From: Candidatus Entotheonellaceae bacterium
GTDB taxonomy: Bacteria > Tectomicrobia > Entotheonellia > Entotheonellales > Entotheonellaceae
Direction: 5' to 3'
Length of the DNA stretch: 64,000 nucleotides
Assembly (NCBI GenBank): GCA_965238075.1
Contig: OZ250173.1
Span: forward strand, 256,001 to 320,000
Made by a program: the position numbers and the translations under genes. Under the pieces are notes generated by a model. That model was not told the DNA's origin and made no database searches. It saw nothing but the letters and a program-made list of their open reading frames with translations. Below are positions 48,099 through 58,570 of this stretch, piece by piece; the stretch's first letter is position 1; each line of letters begins with the position of its first letter.

Positions 48099-49199
48099 AT
48101 GGAATTGGAAAAGCTGACGCTGCAGCACGTTGACGTGCAGGCCGTGCTGGTGCCGCTGAGCCGCCCGGTGGTTTCCAGAGTGGGCCTGTATGAACAATGG
48201 CCGCTCATTCTGATCGATCTCCACGCCCACGAGGGCGTCGTCGGCCGCAGCTACCTGGCGCCGTACCTGAAGCAATCGGTGGCTTACCTCGTTCCGGCCA
48301 TCCACGACTTGGCCACGGCTTGGCAAGGCCAATCCCTGGCGCCTGTGGATGCTTATCAAACGGGAAGGAAATCGCTCAGTTTGGTGGGACTGGAAGGCAT
48401 GTCATTGATCGCCGTCTCGGGCCTCGACATGGCGGCCTGGGACGCGTTGGCAAAAGCCGCGAACCTGCCGCTGGCCGTCCTGCTCGGCGGCTCGCTGGCG
48501 CCGGTGCCGGCCTACAACAGCAATGGCCTGTGGCTGACGCCCTTGGACACGCTGGCCGAAGAGGCAGCGGCACTGGTTGAGGAGGGCGGTTTCACGGCGC
48601 TCAAACTTCGACTCGGGCGCGCCAAGCTTGACGACGACCTGACGGCCATCAATAACGTGCGCGACGCAGTCGGTGACGACGTCAAACTCATGTGCGATTT
48701 CAATCAGGGCTTATCGCTCGGCGATGCCCTGGTTCGCTGCCACGACCTGGACGACGAGGGGCTCTACTGGTTTGAAGAACCCATCGCCTACAACAATCTG
48801 ACCGGCTATGCGCAGCTAACCGGCGAACTGGCCACCCCGGTACAACTCGGCGAGAATTTCTACGGACCGCGTGCTGTTTACGAAGCACTGCTTGCGGGGG
48901 CCGGCGACTACATCATGCCAGACCTGATGCGCATCGGCGGGGTCACGGGCTGGATGCGGGCGGCTGCCATCGCCGGCGTGGCCGGTATCGAGATGTCATC
49001 GCACCTCTACCCGGAAGTATCCAGTCACCTGCTGCGCGTCAGCGAGACCGGGCATTGGCTGGAGTGGCAGGACTGGTGCGACCTCATCGTGGCGGAACCG
49101 TTCAAGCTGGAAGATGGGCACCTGGTAATTCCAGACGTGCCCGGCAACGGCTTGGCATGGAACGCCGACGCCGTCGCCCGCTACCGCTTCGAACCCTGA
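48099..49199 (+). CDS. Mandelate racemase/muconate lactonizing enzyme family protein
   Basis: DMAAWD, ALKLR, DFNQ, WFEEP, GENF, MPDLMRIGG, SSH. Confidence 0.9.
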   Translation: MELEKLTLQHVDVQAVLVPLSRPVVSRVGLYEQWPLILIDLHAHEGVVGRSYLAPYLKQSVAYLVPAIHDLATAWQGQSLAPVDAYQTGRKSLSLVGLEGMSLIAVSGLDMAAWDALAKAANLPLAVLLGGSLAPVPAYNSNGLWLTPLDTLAEEAAALVEEGGFTALKLRLGRAKLDDDLTAINNVRDAVGDDVKLMCDFNQGLSLGDALVRCHDLDDEGLYWFEEPIAYNNLTGYAQLTGELATPVQLGENFYGPRAVYEALLAGAGDYIMPDLMRIGGVTGWMRAAAIAGVAGIEMSSHLYPEVSSHLLRVSETGHWLEWQDWCDLIVAEPFKLEDGHLVIPDVPGNGLAWNADAVARYRFEP

Positions 49200-49202
49200 C
49201 GC

Positions 49203-49604
49203 TTACGGCGTGTAGGTGAGCGTGAACCGGCCGGTGACGCGGTGGGAATCGACGGAGAGAACCTGCCACTGGATGAGGTACAGCCCGGCGGCCAGGTCTT
49301 CGGGCAGGCGAACGGCCAGTTCCTGGGTCACGGCAGGGCTTTCCGCCATCCCAGCATCGACACGTTCCTGAGGGCTTACCTCACCGGTCTCGGGGTCTCG
49401 CCGCGCGCGATGCACCGTGACCTGGCTGAAGCGGCTTTCGACCCGCTCGCTGAACGACAATCGGATCGCTTCGGGAAGCTGGGCGATTTCGGAATCAGCA
49501 GCCGGTTGGCTGCGAGTCAGCATTCCGTGCGCCGCCGAGATGGACGGCAGCAATACGATCAGCGCGACTAGCGCCAGCCAGCGACTTATCTGAGCGACAG
49601 TCAT
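49203..49604 (-). CDS. copC: Copper resistance protein CopC
   Basis: Signal peptide then AHGML (N-terminal His), LSFSE, WQVLSVDSH. Confidence 0.85.
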   Translation of the reverse strand: MTVAQISRWLALVALIVLLPSISAAHGMLTRSQPAADSEIAQLPEAIRLSFSERVESRFSQVTVHRARRDPETGEVSPQERVDAGMAESPAVTQELAVRLPEDLAAGLYLIQWQVLSVDSHRVTGRFTLTYTP

Positions 49605-49621
49605 ATCGATAGGCTCTCCAT

Positions 49622-50098
49622 CTAACGGGTCTGTAGTTCCACCCGGGTAACCCGCCGGCCATCGTAGGTGAAGCGGATTTCGAATCCGACCGCGCCGCCG
49701 AGGCAGGCACTCCGGCAACGTAAAGCGTAGCGCACCATCCAGGGCGCGCCAATACCGCTTGGACGCATGAAACGCGCTGTGGTGTCGTTGTGGGCTTTGA
49801 ATTCGCTCACATACCGCCGCACGGCCTCCCAATGCTGCGGCTCCCGGCACGACAGGGCGGGCTGCAACGGCTCATCCGATGCATTCCCTATGTGCCGGGT
49901 CATGACGCTGTCCATGGCAATTCTACAATCCGGGTGGAATTGCTCCAGGACGGCTTTTTCCGGTGCCGCGGGGCTGACCATGTCCAGCATCAACGCCTCA
50001 CCGTCCAGCCAAGTGTCCCGCACCTCCTGCCCCGTCACCAGCGCCGAAGCCAGCCCCATGAAGAGCAAGAAAAAAATCGCAACCGGTATCCGGGCCAT
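49622..50098 (-). CDS. Hypothetical exported protein
   Basis: Signal/TM N-terminus, CRSAC motif; tightly packed between the esterase and copC. Confidence 0.55.
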   Translation of the reverse strand: MARIPVAIFFLLFMGLASALVTGQEVRDTWLDGEALMLDMVSPAAPEKAVLEQFHPDCRIAMDSVMTRHIGNASDEPLQPALSCREPQHWEAVRRYVSEFKAHNDTTARFMRPSGIGAPWMVRYALRCRSACLGGAVGFEIRFTYDGRRVTRVELQTR

Positions 50099-50103
50099 GC
50101 GTC

Positions 50104-50976
50104 TCAACCCATGTGCTTGTGAACGAACTCGATAATCTGCGTGACGGCCTGACCGGCGGCCGCCGAGGTCGGATTGCGGTTGATGAAGCCTTCTGCCTCG
50201 CCGTCGAACAACTTCAGATCAACCTGTCCGCCGGCCTTCCGGTAATGCTCGACGAAGCGGTCCAGGTCGGGACGGGGATGCGCCACGTCCTCGGTGCCCT
50301 GCACGTAAAGTACGGGCGGCATCTCAACCGTCTCGCCGCGCTCGAGAGCCAGCACCGGGTTGCCCTCAGCCATGGCCTCTTCGTCTTGCCAGTACTGGTC
50401 GTGCAAGGGTAGAACCCGGTCAACGAGTTCCGGGTAAGGCTCACCGCTGTCCCGCAGGTTCTTGGCATAGTGGTAGCGCGCCAGGGGATCAATGACCGGC
50501 GAGCACAGGATGACGTAATCCAGGCCCATCTCCACATCCGTGGCGCCGTAGGGCGGCTTGAAGGCAGCGTAACGCGGGTCATGCGGCCGCATGGCCAGCA
50601 ACATCGCCTGGTGGCCGCCGCTGGAGACGCCGAGGGCGCCCACTTTGTCCACACGAAGGCCCAGCGTGTCTGCCCGCGTTTTCAACCAGCGGATGCCGTA
50701 GTGGATGTCCGTCAACGAACCCGGATACGGCGCATCGGGCGGCATGCGAAAATCGAGCGCCGCCACCGCTACCCCGCTGCGCGCCAGCGCCTCGCTGATA
50801 ACCACGTCGTTCAACCGGTCACCACGGCACCAGGCGCCGCCGTGAAGATCCACCAGCAGCGGAAACGGTCCCTCGCCGCGCGGCTTGTAAAGACGTGCCA
50901 GCAATGCCTTGTTGCCAAAACGCAGGTATTCGATGTCTTCCACTTCGATATCGTGAACGGTCAGGGCTGCCGTCAT
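50104..50976 (-). CDS. Alpha/beta hydrolase (HSL-type esterase)
   Basis: HGGAW, GVSSGG, QGTED; GGAGG RBS. Confidence 0.88.
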   Translation of the reverse strand: MTAALTVHDIEVEDIEYLRFGNKALLARLYKPRGEGPFPLLVDLHGGAWCRGDRLNDVVISEALARSGVAVAALDFRMPPDAPYPGSLTDIHYGIRWLKTRADTLGLRVDKVGALGVSSGGHQAMLLAMRPHDPRYAAFKPPYGATDVEMGLDYVILCSPVIDPLARYHYAKNLRDSGEPYPELVDRVLPLHDQYWQDEEAMAEGNPVLALERGETVEMPPVLYVQGTEDVAHPRPDLDRFVEHYRKAGGQVDLKLFDGEAEGFINRNPTSAAAGQAVTQIIEFVHKHMG

Positions 50977-51134
50977 GCGCTCCTCCTCCCGAATACGTCT
51001 TCCTTTTCGGGTCCGTCCTACCCACTCGTCACACCGGAGTTGCTTTTAAGGGTAGGTTCTTAACCCGACCTTCCTTAAAATGTACGTCTCAATCATCACC
51101 GAATCATCTAGCCAACACAAGGAAGGAAGCATCC

Positions 51135-51656
51135 ATGCAGCAACTCGACATCCTGGCTTCAGCCTTGCAGCTGAACGCCGGCCTGGTTCAACGAGCCCTC
51201 GACGGACTCTCCGACGATGACCTCACCAAGCGCCCCGGCGACCAGTGCAACCCCATCGGCTGGACCCTTTGGCATCAATACCGTTACGAAGACGGAGTTG
51301 TCTCCGGCATCACCGGCGAACAGCAGGTCTGGCTCTCCGAGGGCTGGCACGACAAGTTCGGCATGTCCGCCGACGCGGACCAGCTCGGCATGGGTAATTC
51401 GTTGGAACAAGTCGGCGCCTTTCGCGCCACGCTCGCCAACTTGCAGGGATACGGCGCTGCGGTACGTGAAAAAACCCTGGCGTGCCTGCAAACCATCACG
51501 CCCGAAGAACTTGAACGCGAGCTGGAGGCACCGGGCGGCGCGACACGCACGGCCGGCGCTTCCTTGGGCGTTCTGCTACTCGACCACTTCCATCATAGCG
51601 GTCAGGTGTGCTATCTGCGGGGATTCATCACGGGCAAGGGCTGGTTTGCGGCCTGA
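51135..51656 (+). CDS. DinB family protein
   Basis: NPIGWTLWH, HHSGQVCY; paralog of the ORF at 18143. Confidence 0.88.
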   Translation: MQQLDILASALQLNAGLVQRALDGLSDDDLTKRPGDQCNPIGWTLWHQYRYEDGVVSGITGEQQVWLSEGWHDKFGMSADADQLGMGNSLEQVGAFRATLANLQGYGAAVREKTLACLQTITPEELERELEAPGGATRTAGASLGVLLLDHFHHSGQVCYLRGFITGKGWFAA

Positions 51657-51672
51657 TCGGCCTCTCGACGTG

Positions 51673-51703
51673 CCAAGGGCCGCGACGGTGCGCGGCCCTT
51701 TGG
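51673..51703. terminator. Hairpin between the convergent dinB and tRNA genes
   Basis: aagggccgcg-acggtg-cgcggccctt. Confidence 0.6.
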
Positions 51704-51732
51704 AATTCCAAAACCAAGAACTGTAGGGAAAG

Positions 51733-51807
51733 CGTCCCCAAGGGGATTTGAACCCCTGTTGCCGGCGTGAAAGGCCGGTGTCCTAGGCCTGGCTAGACGA
51801 TGGGGAC
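51733..51807 (-). tRNA. tRNA-Glu (TTC)
   Basis: GTCCCCATCGTCTAG...CCGGC CT TTC AC GCCGG...GGTTCAAATCC...GGGGACG cloverleaf. Confidence 0.95.
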
Positions 51808-51817
51808 GACGGAAAGG

Positions 51818-51890
51818 TGAGCCGTGCTGGACTCGAACCAGCGACCCGCTGCTTAAAAGGCAGCTGCTCTACCACCTGAGCTAACGGCCC
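51818..51890 (-). tRNA. tRNA-Lys (TTT)
   Basis: GGGCCGTTAGCTCAG...CTGC CT TTT AA GCAG...GGTTCGAGTCC...CGGCTCA. Confidence 0.95.
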
Positions 51891-51946
51891 GTCGAGGACG
51901 CTGGTCTCTGACGAGATTTACATAGCCTGCAACTGCATGAATCATA

Positions 51947-51975
51947 AGCATAATAACTGGATTTCGACCTGTCAA
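51947..51975 (-). promoter_or_regulatory. Sigma70 promoter of the tRNA-Lys/Glu pair
   Basis: Minus-strand TTGACA-N17-TATGCT. Confidence 0.75.
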
Positions 51976-52111
51976 CCTGTGCCGCCGGCCCGCCCAAAAT
52001 CCTTCTTGCACCACCGGGGTCCCTTTGATAAGGTGACGCCCCTTTCAATTACCAAAGGCGAGGAAGTCTAAGCGGGTAGCGGCATTTTATGTGCCTTGGG
52101 GAGGAACCAGC

Positions 52112-53026
52112 ATGGAGGCCACCAAGAAAATCTGGATGGACGGCACGTTCGTAGATTGGGACAATGCTCAAGTTCACGTCCTCAGCCATACACTGCATTA
52201 CGGCTTGGGCGTATTCGAGGGCATCCGGTGCTACGATACCGCTGCCGGCCCCGCCATTTTCCGCCTCCCCGAACATATCGACCGCTTGTTCAACTCGGCG
52301 CACATCGCGGGACTTAAAATGCCGTTCAACCGTGAGGCGATTGGCCAAGCCATCGTCGACGCCGTGAAGGTCAACGAGGTGCGCGAATGTTACATCCGCC
52401 CCCTTGTTTACCTGGGCTACGGCGAGCTCGGCATCAATAACAGCCACTGCCCGGTGTGTGTCAGCATCGCGGTGTGGCCTTGGGGTGCATATCTGGGCGA
52501 GGGCGCCCTTACCGAGGGCATTCGCGTGTGCATCTCTTCCTACACCCGGCACCACGTCAACGTCATGATGACCAAGGCAAAGGTGGTCGGCAATTACGCC
52601 AATTCGCAGTTTGCCAAGATGGAAGCCATTCACTCCGGCTACGACGAAGCGATCATGCTCGACGTGCAGGGCAACGTCGGCGAAGGCTCCGGCGAGAACA
52701 TCTTCATCGTGCGCGACGGCATCCTCAAGACGCCCCCGCTGACCGCCATCTTGGAAGGCATCACGCGTAACTCCGTCATCGACTTGGCGCGCAACATGGG
52801 GCTCACCGTGCGGGAAACCGTCTTTTCCCGCGATGAGCTGTACATCGCCGACGAGGTGTTCTTCACCGGCACCGCGGCGGAACTGACACCCATCCGTGAA
52901 GTCGACAACCGCGCGATCGGCAATGGCCTTCCCGGACCGATAACTCACAAGCTACAACAAGCCTTTTTCCGAATCGTGCAGGGCAAGGACGACGCGTTCA
53001 AGTCCTGGCTAACCCTCATCACGTAA
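52112..53026 (+). CDS. ilvE: Branched-chain amino acid aminotransferase
   Basis: [44 protein letters not shown]. Confidence 0.95.
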   Translation: MEATKKIWMDGTFVDWDNAQVHVLSHTLHYGLGVFEGIRCYDTAAGPAIFRLPEHIDRLFNSAHIAGLKMPFNREAIGQAIVDAVKVNEVRECYIRPLVYLGYGELGINNSHCPVCVSIAVWPWGAYLGEGALTEGIRVCISSYTRHHVNVMMTKAKVVGNYANSQFAKMEAIHSGYDEAIMLDVQGNVGEGSGENIFIVRDGILKTPPLTAILEGITRNSVIDLARNMGLTVRETVFSRDELYIADEVFFTGTAAELTPIREVDNRAIGNGLPGPITHKLQQAFFRIVQGKDDAFKSWLTLIT

Positions 53027-53084
53027 AACCCAACGCGAACGACCACCCCTCGGTCCGCGGCCTGTTTACAAGAAGGAAGAAAGT

Positions 53085-53795
53085 ATGGTTTACGCCAAAA
53101 TTTTGGCTGTAGATCAAGATCAGGCCGCCTATGAACCCTTGCTGCCGGAATTGTCCAGGCACGGCTACGAACTCCACCCCGTAACCACATCCTCCAAAGC
53201 CATCGCCCTCGCTGCCGCACATGACTACCACGCGGCCTTCGTATCGTTCACGCTGCTTGATGTCCACCTGCTGCTGGCCGATTTGCGGGACGCCATTCCA
53301 CACTTGCCAATCATTCTGGCGATGTCCGCGGACCACAACGGCATTCCCTCCCAAACCTTGAAACTGGTGACGAACGTTGTCGGCAAGCCGTTAAGCCTCG
53401 AACCGGTGCGCCTGATGCTCGACCGCACCCTGGAATTGGCCGCGCTGCGTGCGCAGCTACGAGAAGAACGGCACATGTTGAACCTGAACGACATACTGCA
53501 AATTACCCTTGACGGGGTCGACGGCGCCAGTCTGCAAATGCAGGGATTGTGGTCGGAAACACTGGTCAGCAGGTTGCATCGCCTCGTGCGAAGCGTCAGG
53601 GAAATCGGCAGCGGCTCCATACACCACACGGTCTTGTCGTGCTTCGAAAGACTGCTGCTGGCCATCGTTCTCGCGGAATGTCGGGGCAATCAGGTCAAGT
53701 CGGCAGCCATCCTGGGCATCAATCGCAATACCCTGCGCAAGAAGATCTCCGCCCTTGGACTGTCGGACCTGCGCAGCCGCATGCCGCAACAATGA
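53085..53795 (+). CDS. Degenerate receiver domain plus Fis-type HTH protein (no AAA+ domain)
   Basis: KILAVD...KP receiver-like fold; GNQVKSAAILGINRNTLRKK. Confidence 0.75.
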   Translation: MVYAKILAVDQDQAAYEPLLPELSRHGYELHPVTTSSKAIALAAAHDYHAAFVSFTLLDVHLLLADLRDAIPHLPIILAMSADHNGIPSQTLKLVTNVVGKPLSLEPVRLMLDRTLELAALRAQLREERHMLNLNDILQITLDGVDGASLQMQGLWSETLVSRLHRLVRSVREIGSGSIHHTVLSCFERLLLAIVLAECRGNQVKSAAILGINRNTLRKKISALGLSDLRSRMPQQ

Positions 53796-54553
53796 CTCAC
53801 GCCTTACCCTCTCTTGCTGTCGTCGTCCTTGCCGCCGGCAAAGGCACTCGCATGCGGTCCCCCCTCGCCAAAGTCTTGCATCCATTGGCCGGCTGTCCCC
53901 TCCTCGCGCACGTGCTAAAGGCCGTGCGGCCTTTGAAGCCGCGTCACCTCGTTACGGTGGTAGGCCATCAGGCCGATGCCGTGCGGCGCGTGTGCGAGCG
54001 CTTCGGAGCGTGCTGCGTGGTGCAGGAACCGCAGCTAGGTACCGGGCACGCGGTGGCGCAGACGGAAAGCGTGCTGCGAGACTTCGACGGCGTCGTCTTG
54101 GTACTGTGCGGTGACGTGCCGCTGCTGCGCACGGCGACCCTGCACCGCTTGCTCGAAGCGCATCGTGAGCATCAGGCGACGCTCACGATACTGACAACGC
54201 ACGTGGATGACCCGACGGGTTACGGTCGCATCTTGCGGGACGGCCAGGGCGGTGTCGCCGGCATCGTCGAAGAGCGAGATGCCACGGCAAGCCAGAAAGC
54301 GGCGTGCGAGATCAACAGCGGCGTGTACTGCTGGCAGGCTTCCTTTCTGTTTGCCGCCCTGCCCCGCGTCGGGCGGCGCAACGCACAGGGCGAGCAGTAT
54401 CTGACCGATGTTGTCAGGTTGGCAGCAGCAGACGGGTGGCCCGTTGCAGACGTCGCCACGGAGCCAGAAGAAATTCTGGGCGTCAACACCCCGGCAGATT
54501 TGGGGCGCCTTGAAACCCTCTTGCGCAACCGGCGCAGCAACGAACCATCATGA
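53792..54553 (+). CDS. glmU: GlmU-like uridyltransferase, N-terminal domain only
   Basis: LAAGKGTRM, QLGTGHAV, GDVPL, GYGRI, EINSG, YLTD, GVN; ends before the hexapeptide-repeat domain. Confidence 0.8.
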   Translation: MTHALPSLAVVVLAAGKGTRMRSPLAKVLHPLAGCPLLAHVLKAVRPLKPRHLVTVVGHQADAVRRVCERFGACCVVQEPQLGTGHAVAQTESVLRDFDGVVLVLCGDVPLLRTATLHRLLEAHREHQATLTILTTHVDDPTGYGRILRDGQGGVAGIVEERDATASQKAACEINSGVYCWQASFLFAALPRVGRRNAQGEQYLTDVVRLAAADGWPVADVATEPEEILGVNTPADLGRLETLLRNRRSNEPS

Positions 54554-56751
54554 CATCCCCCTGGCAGCCCCAGCTCAACACGCCGCAGTGGGAAGCGGTG
54601 CAGCACACCGAGGGCCCCGTTCTTATTCTGGCCGGTGCCGGTTCGGGGAAAACGCGCGTCATCACCCACCGCATCGCCCACCTGATCCGCAACTGCGGGG
54701 TGCACGGCGAACAGATCCTGGCGGTGACATTCACCAACAAAGCGGCCCAGGAAATGCGGGAGCGGGTACACGGCTTGCTCGGCGCTACCAGCTTTCCACT
54801 GTGGCTCAGCACGTTCCACGCCGCCTGCGCGCGCCTGTTGCGCCGTGAAGCCGAGCACCTTGGCCTCGCGCCCAATTTCGTCATCTACGACGCGGCGGAT
54901 CAACTGTCGCTGGTCAAACTATGCGTCCGCGATCTGGAAATCGCCGACGACCTGTACGCCCCGCAACAGATCCGACGCCGCATCAGCACCTTGAAGAACG
55001 ACCTCGTCGACGCCGAAGCATTCCAGCGCGACGCGGAAAATTATGGGCTGGACGCTGTTGTCGCCCGCGTGTACGGCGTCTACCAGGAGCGCCTGCGCGA
55101 GAACGCCGCCCTTGATTTTGACGATCTGCTGATGCTCACCGTCCAGATGCTGCGCCGCCATGACGCCATCCGGCAGCGCTACCAGCACCGCCTGCGCTTC
55201 ATCATGGTGGACGAGTACCAGGACACCAACATGGCGCAATATCACCTGCTCAACCTGCTGGCGGCGGAGCACCGCAACCTGTGTGTGGTGGGCGATGACG
55301 ACCAGAGCGTGTACCGCTTTCGCGGCGCCAATGTACGCAACATCCTCAACTTCGAGCGCGACTACCCCGACGCCAAAGTTATCAAATTAGAACAGAATTA
55401 TCGCTCGACGGGCACCATCCTCGAAGCCGCGACCGCGGTGGTATCGAAAAACCCAGACCGGCGGGACAAGACCCTGTGGACGGCAAACACCCGCGGCGTG
55501 CCCATCGGCTACTTCTGCGCCCAGGACGACACGCACGAGGCCGAAGTCATCTGCCAGAACATTCTGGGACTGCAGAAGGCCGAGGGTTTGGCGTTGAAAG
55601 ACTTCGCCGTCTTCTACCGTATCAACGCGCAGTCGCGGGTGCTGGAAGACGGCCTGCGGCGCGCCGACATTCCGTACCAGATCGTCGGCGGCCTGCGGTT
55701 CTACGACCGCCAGGAAATCAAGGACGCCCTGGCATACATGCGCTTGCTGACCAATCCACAGGATACCTTGAGCCTGCGGCGCATCATCAACGTGCCGCGG
55801 CGTGGCATCGGCAACACGACCTGGGCACGGCTGGAAGCGCTGGCACAGGAAAACGGCATCAGCGGCATTGAGGCATTGGAACGGATCGTGGACGGCGAGG
55901 CGGACGCCGGTATCGGCAAGGCCGCCCTCGGACGCCTACGGGGTTTTCACGAGTTCCTGCAGGATCTGATGGCCAAAGTTTCCGACATGGCAGCGGCAGA
56001 CCTCATATACGAGGTACTCGAGGCCAGCGGCTACCTGGCACAACTGAAAGCCGACCGAACTGTAGAGGCGCAAACACGGCTGGAGAACCTGAGCGAGCTG
56101 GTGAACGCCGCCGCCGACTACGATCAGCAGGTCGATGAACCAACCTTGCAGGGCTTTCTGGAGCACACGGCCCTGGTTTCGGACCAGGACAGCCTGCAGG
56201 ACGACCGCGCCGCCGTGACGCTGATGACCCTGCACGCCTCGAAGGGCCTGGAATTTCCGGTGGTGTTCATCGCCGGCATGGAAAACGGCCTGTTCCCGCA
56301 CAGCCGCTCGTTCAATGAACCCCTCGAGATGGAGGAAGAGCGACGCCTTTGCTACGTGGGCATGACGCGCGCCGAACGCTGGCTCTTCCTCACCAGCGCA
56401 GTTTCGCGACGTTTGTACGGAAACGAGCAGCACCAGATGCCGTCGGCGTTTTTGCTGGATATTCCCATGACGTGCATTACCAATCATTCGGCGCAGCCGG
56501 AAGTGTCCAGCCATGAGGAGCGCCGTCATAGAGCGCCGCACGTGGTGTCGGCGCCGCGCCGTGCTCAGTCGTCGCCATCAGTGCCGGCGGAGAACTTAGC
56601 CGCTGGCGCCGTCGTCCAGCATGCGCAGTTCGGCCGCGGCGTCGTGCAGAAATGCGAGGGCGAAGGCGATGCCCTGAAGCTCACGATCGTCTTCAGCGAC
56701 TACGGCGTCAAGAAGATCATGCCGAAGTACGCCAGCATGCAAGTGCTGTGA
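54550..56751 (+). CDS. pcrA: ATP-dependent DNA helicase PcrA/UvrD
   Basis: AGAGSGKT, TFTNKAA, VDEYQDTN, GDDDQS, EQNYRS, TLHASKGLEF, EERRLCYVG. Confidence 0.95.
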   Translation: MTSPWQPQLNTPQWEAVQHTEGPVLILAGAGSGKTRVITHRIAHLIRNCGVHGEQILAVTFTNKAAQEMRERVHGLLGATSFPLWLSTFHAACARLLRREAEHLGLAPNFVIYDAADQLSLVKLCVRDLEIADDLYAPQQIRRRISTLKNDLVDAEAFQRDAENYGLDAVVARVYGVYQERLRENAALDFDDLLMLTVQMLRRHDAIRQRYQHRLRFIMVDEYQDTNMAQYHLLNLLAAEHRNLCVVGDDDQSVYRFRGANVRNILNFERDYPDAKVIKLEQNYRSTGTILEAATAVVSKNPDRRDKTLWTANTRGVPIGYFCAQDDTHEAEVICQNILGLQKAEGLALKDFAVFYRINAQSRVLEDGLRRADIPYQIVGGLRFYDRQEIKDALAYMRLLTNPQDTLSLRRIINVPRRGIGNTTWARLEALAQENGISGIEALERIVDGEADAGIGKAALGRLRGFHEFLQDLMAKVSDMAAADLIYEVLEASGYLAQLKADRTVEAQTRLENLSELVNAAADYDQQVDEPTLQGFLEHTALVSDQDSLQDDRAAVTLMTLHASKGLEFPVVFIAGMENGLFPHSRSFNEPLEMEEERRLCYVGMTRAERWLFLTSAVSRRLYGNEQHQMPSAFLLDIPMTCITNHSAQPEVSSHEERRHRAPHVVSAPRRAQSSPSVPAENLAAGAVVQHAQFGRGVVQKCEGEGDALKLTIVFSDYGVKKIMPKYASMQVL

Positions 56752-56768
56752 GGGAGAAAGACACTGGT

Positions 56769-57068
56769 ATGACCGATGGGCGTATCATTTCCGAACAACA
56801 GGTAGCGCACATCGCTCGTCTGGCCCGCTTGGCCCTGGATGCCGATGAGCAACGGCGGCTCACCGATCAGTTGAACGCCATTCTGACCTACATGAAGCAG
56901 TTGAACGAGGTGCCGACCGAGGACGTGGAACCGACGGCGCACGTTTTCGACCTCGTCAACGTCTACCGCGCCGACGAGACGCGCCGCACCCTAACCGCTG
57001 ATGCGGCCCTGTCCAACGCCCCGGAAACGGAGCAACGCTTCTTCGTCGTACCCCGGATCGTGGAGTAA
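56769..57068 (+). CDS. gatC: Asp/Glu-tRNA amidotransferase subunit C
   Basis: [22 protein letters not shown]. Confidence 0.93.
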   Translation: MTDGRIISEQQVAHIARLARLALDADEQRRLTDQLNAILTYMKQLNEVPTEDVEPTAHVFDLVNVYRADETRRTLTADAALSNAPETEQRFFVVPRIVE

Positions 57069-57073
57069 CCGGC

Positions 57074-58570
57074 ATGTTAAGCATGAAGCCCATACACGTT
57101 CTCCACGAGCAGTTGGTCAGCGGCACGCTCAATGCAGTGGCTCTGACCGAGGCAGTGCTGGAGCACGTCGATGCCGTTGAGCCCGAGTTGAACACCTACG
57201 TCACGGTGACCGCCGAACAGGCGCGGCAGCAGGCCGCCGAAGCAGCCGACGCCTTCGCGCGTGGCGAGGTGCGCTCGCCGCTGCAGGGCATCCCCCTGGC
57301 CATCAAGGACAACATCTGCACCCGGGGCGTGCGCACGACCTGCGCTTCCCGCATCTTGGAACATTTTGTGCCGCCGTATGACGCCACTGTCATGCAGCGC
57401 CTGCAAGCGGCCGGCGCGGTGATGATCGGCAAGGCGAACATGGACGAATTCGCCATGGGATCATCGACTGAAACTTCCCATTTCGGGGCAACCCGCAACC
57501 CGTGGGGCGATTTGGAATACGTGCCCGGCGGTTCCAGCGGCGGCCCGGCCGCGGCAGTGAGCGCCGGGTTGTGCGCGGCAGCCTTAGGTTCGGACACCGG
57601 CGGCTCCATCCGCCAGCCGGCAGCGATGACCGGCGTCGTGGGTCTGAAACCGACCTACGGCCGCGTATCCCGCTTCGGCCTGGTAGCGTTCGCTTCCTCG
57701 CTCGATCAGATCGGCCCGCTGACCCAGGACGTGCACGACGCCGCCCTGCTGTTGCAAGCCATCGCCGGACACGACCCGCATGACTCCACCTCCGGGGATG
57801 TCCCGGTGCCGGATTACACCGAGGCCCTGGATCGCGGTGTTGAGGGGCTGAAGCTCGGTGTCCCCCGCGAATACTTCGTAGCAGGCATGAACGCCGAGAT
57901 CGAGGCCGCCGTGCGCGCCGGCATCGAAACGCTGAGCCAAGCGGGCGCCGAACTCATCGACGTATCACTGCCCCACACCCCGTACGCCGTCGCCACCTAC
58001 TACATCCTGGCCAACGCCGAGGCCAGCGCCAACCTGGCGCGCTACGACGGGGTGCGCTTCGGCTTTCGCGCCGCCGAGCCCGCCGACCTGTCGGACATGT
58101 ACATGCGCACCCGCGCCGAGGGGTTCGGGGCGGAGGTGAAGCGGCGTATCATGCTGGGAACGTACGCGCTGAGTTCGGGGTACTACGATGCCTATTACAA
58201 GAAGGCGCAGCAGGTGCGCACTCTGTTTCGCCAGGATTTTCAGCGCGCCTTCGCCGATTGTGACGCCCTGCTTACGCCGGTGTCGCCGACCCCGGCTTTC
58301 CGTCTCGGCGAACGGCTGGACGACCCGCTGCAAATGTATCTGGCCGACATTTTCACCATCCCCATGAACCTTGCGGGGATTCCGGCCTTGTCGGTACCCT
58401 GCGGCCTGACGACGGATGGACTGCCGATTGGCTTGCAGATTGCCGCCCCGCCCTTTCGTGAAGATGTGCTCCTGCAAGTCGGCGCGGCCTTCGAAGCGAT
58501 CACCGATTTCCATACCTTGAAGCCGAATGGCCTGCCGGTGACCTGCAAGGGAGACGGTTATGGACTATGA
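57074..58570 (+). CDS. gatA: Asp/Glu-tRNA amidotransferase subunit A
   Basis: [34 protein letters not shown]. Confidence 0.96.
   Translation: MLSMKPIHVLHEQLVSGTLNAVALTEAVLEHVDAVEPELNTYVTVTAEQARQQAAEAADAFARGEVRSPLQGIPLAIKDNICTRGVRTTCASRILEHFVPPYDATVMQRLQAAGAVMIGKANMDEFAMGSSTETSHFGATRNPWGDLEYVPGGSSGGPAAAVSAGLCAAALGSDTGGSIRQPAAMTGVVGLKPTYGRVSRFGLVAFASSLDQIGPLTQDVHDAALLLQAIAGHDPHDSTSGDVPVPDYTEALDRGVEGLKLGVPREYFVAGMNAEIEAAVRAGIETLSQAGAELIDVSLPHTPYAVATYYILANAEASANLARYDGVRFGFRAAEPADLSDMYMRTRAEGFGAEVKRRIMLGTYALSSGYYDAYYKKAQQVRTLFRQDFQRAFADCDALLTPVSPTPAFRLGERLDDPLQMYLADIFTIPMNLAGIPALSVPCGLTTDGLPIGLQIAAPPFREDVLLQVGAAFEAITDFHTLKPNGLPVTCKGDGYGL

Noticed and set aside
1-51730. The whole left part as a single integrative element or prophage
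   Set aside because: No integrase, phage or conjugation genes and no tRNA-derived att repeat were seen; most genes have host-like codon usage.
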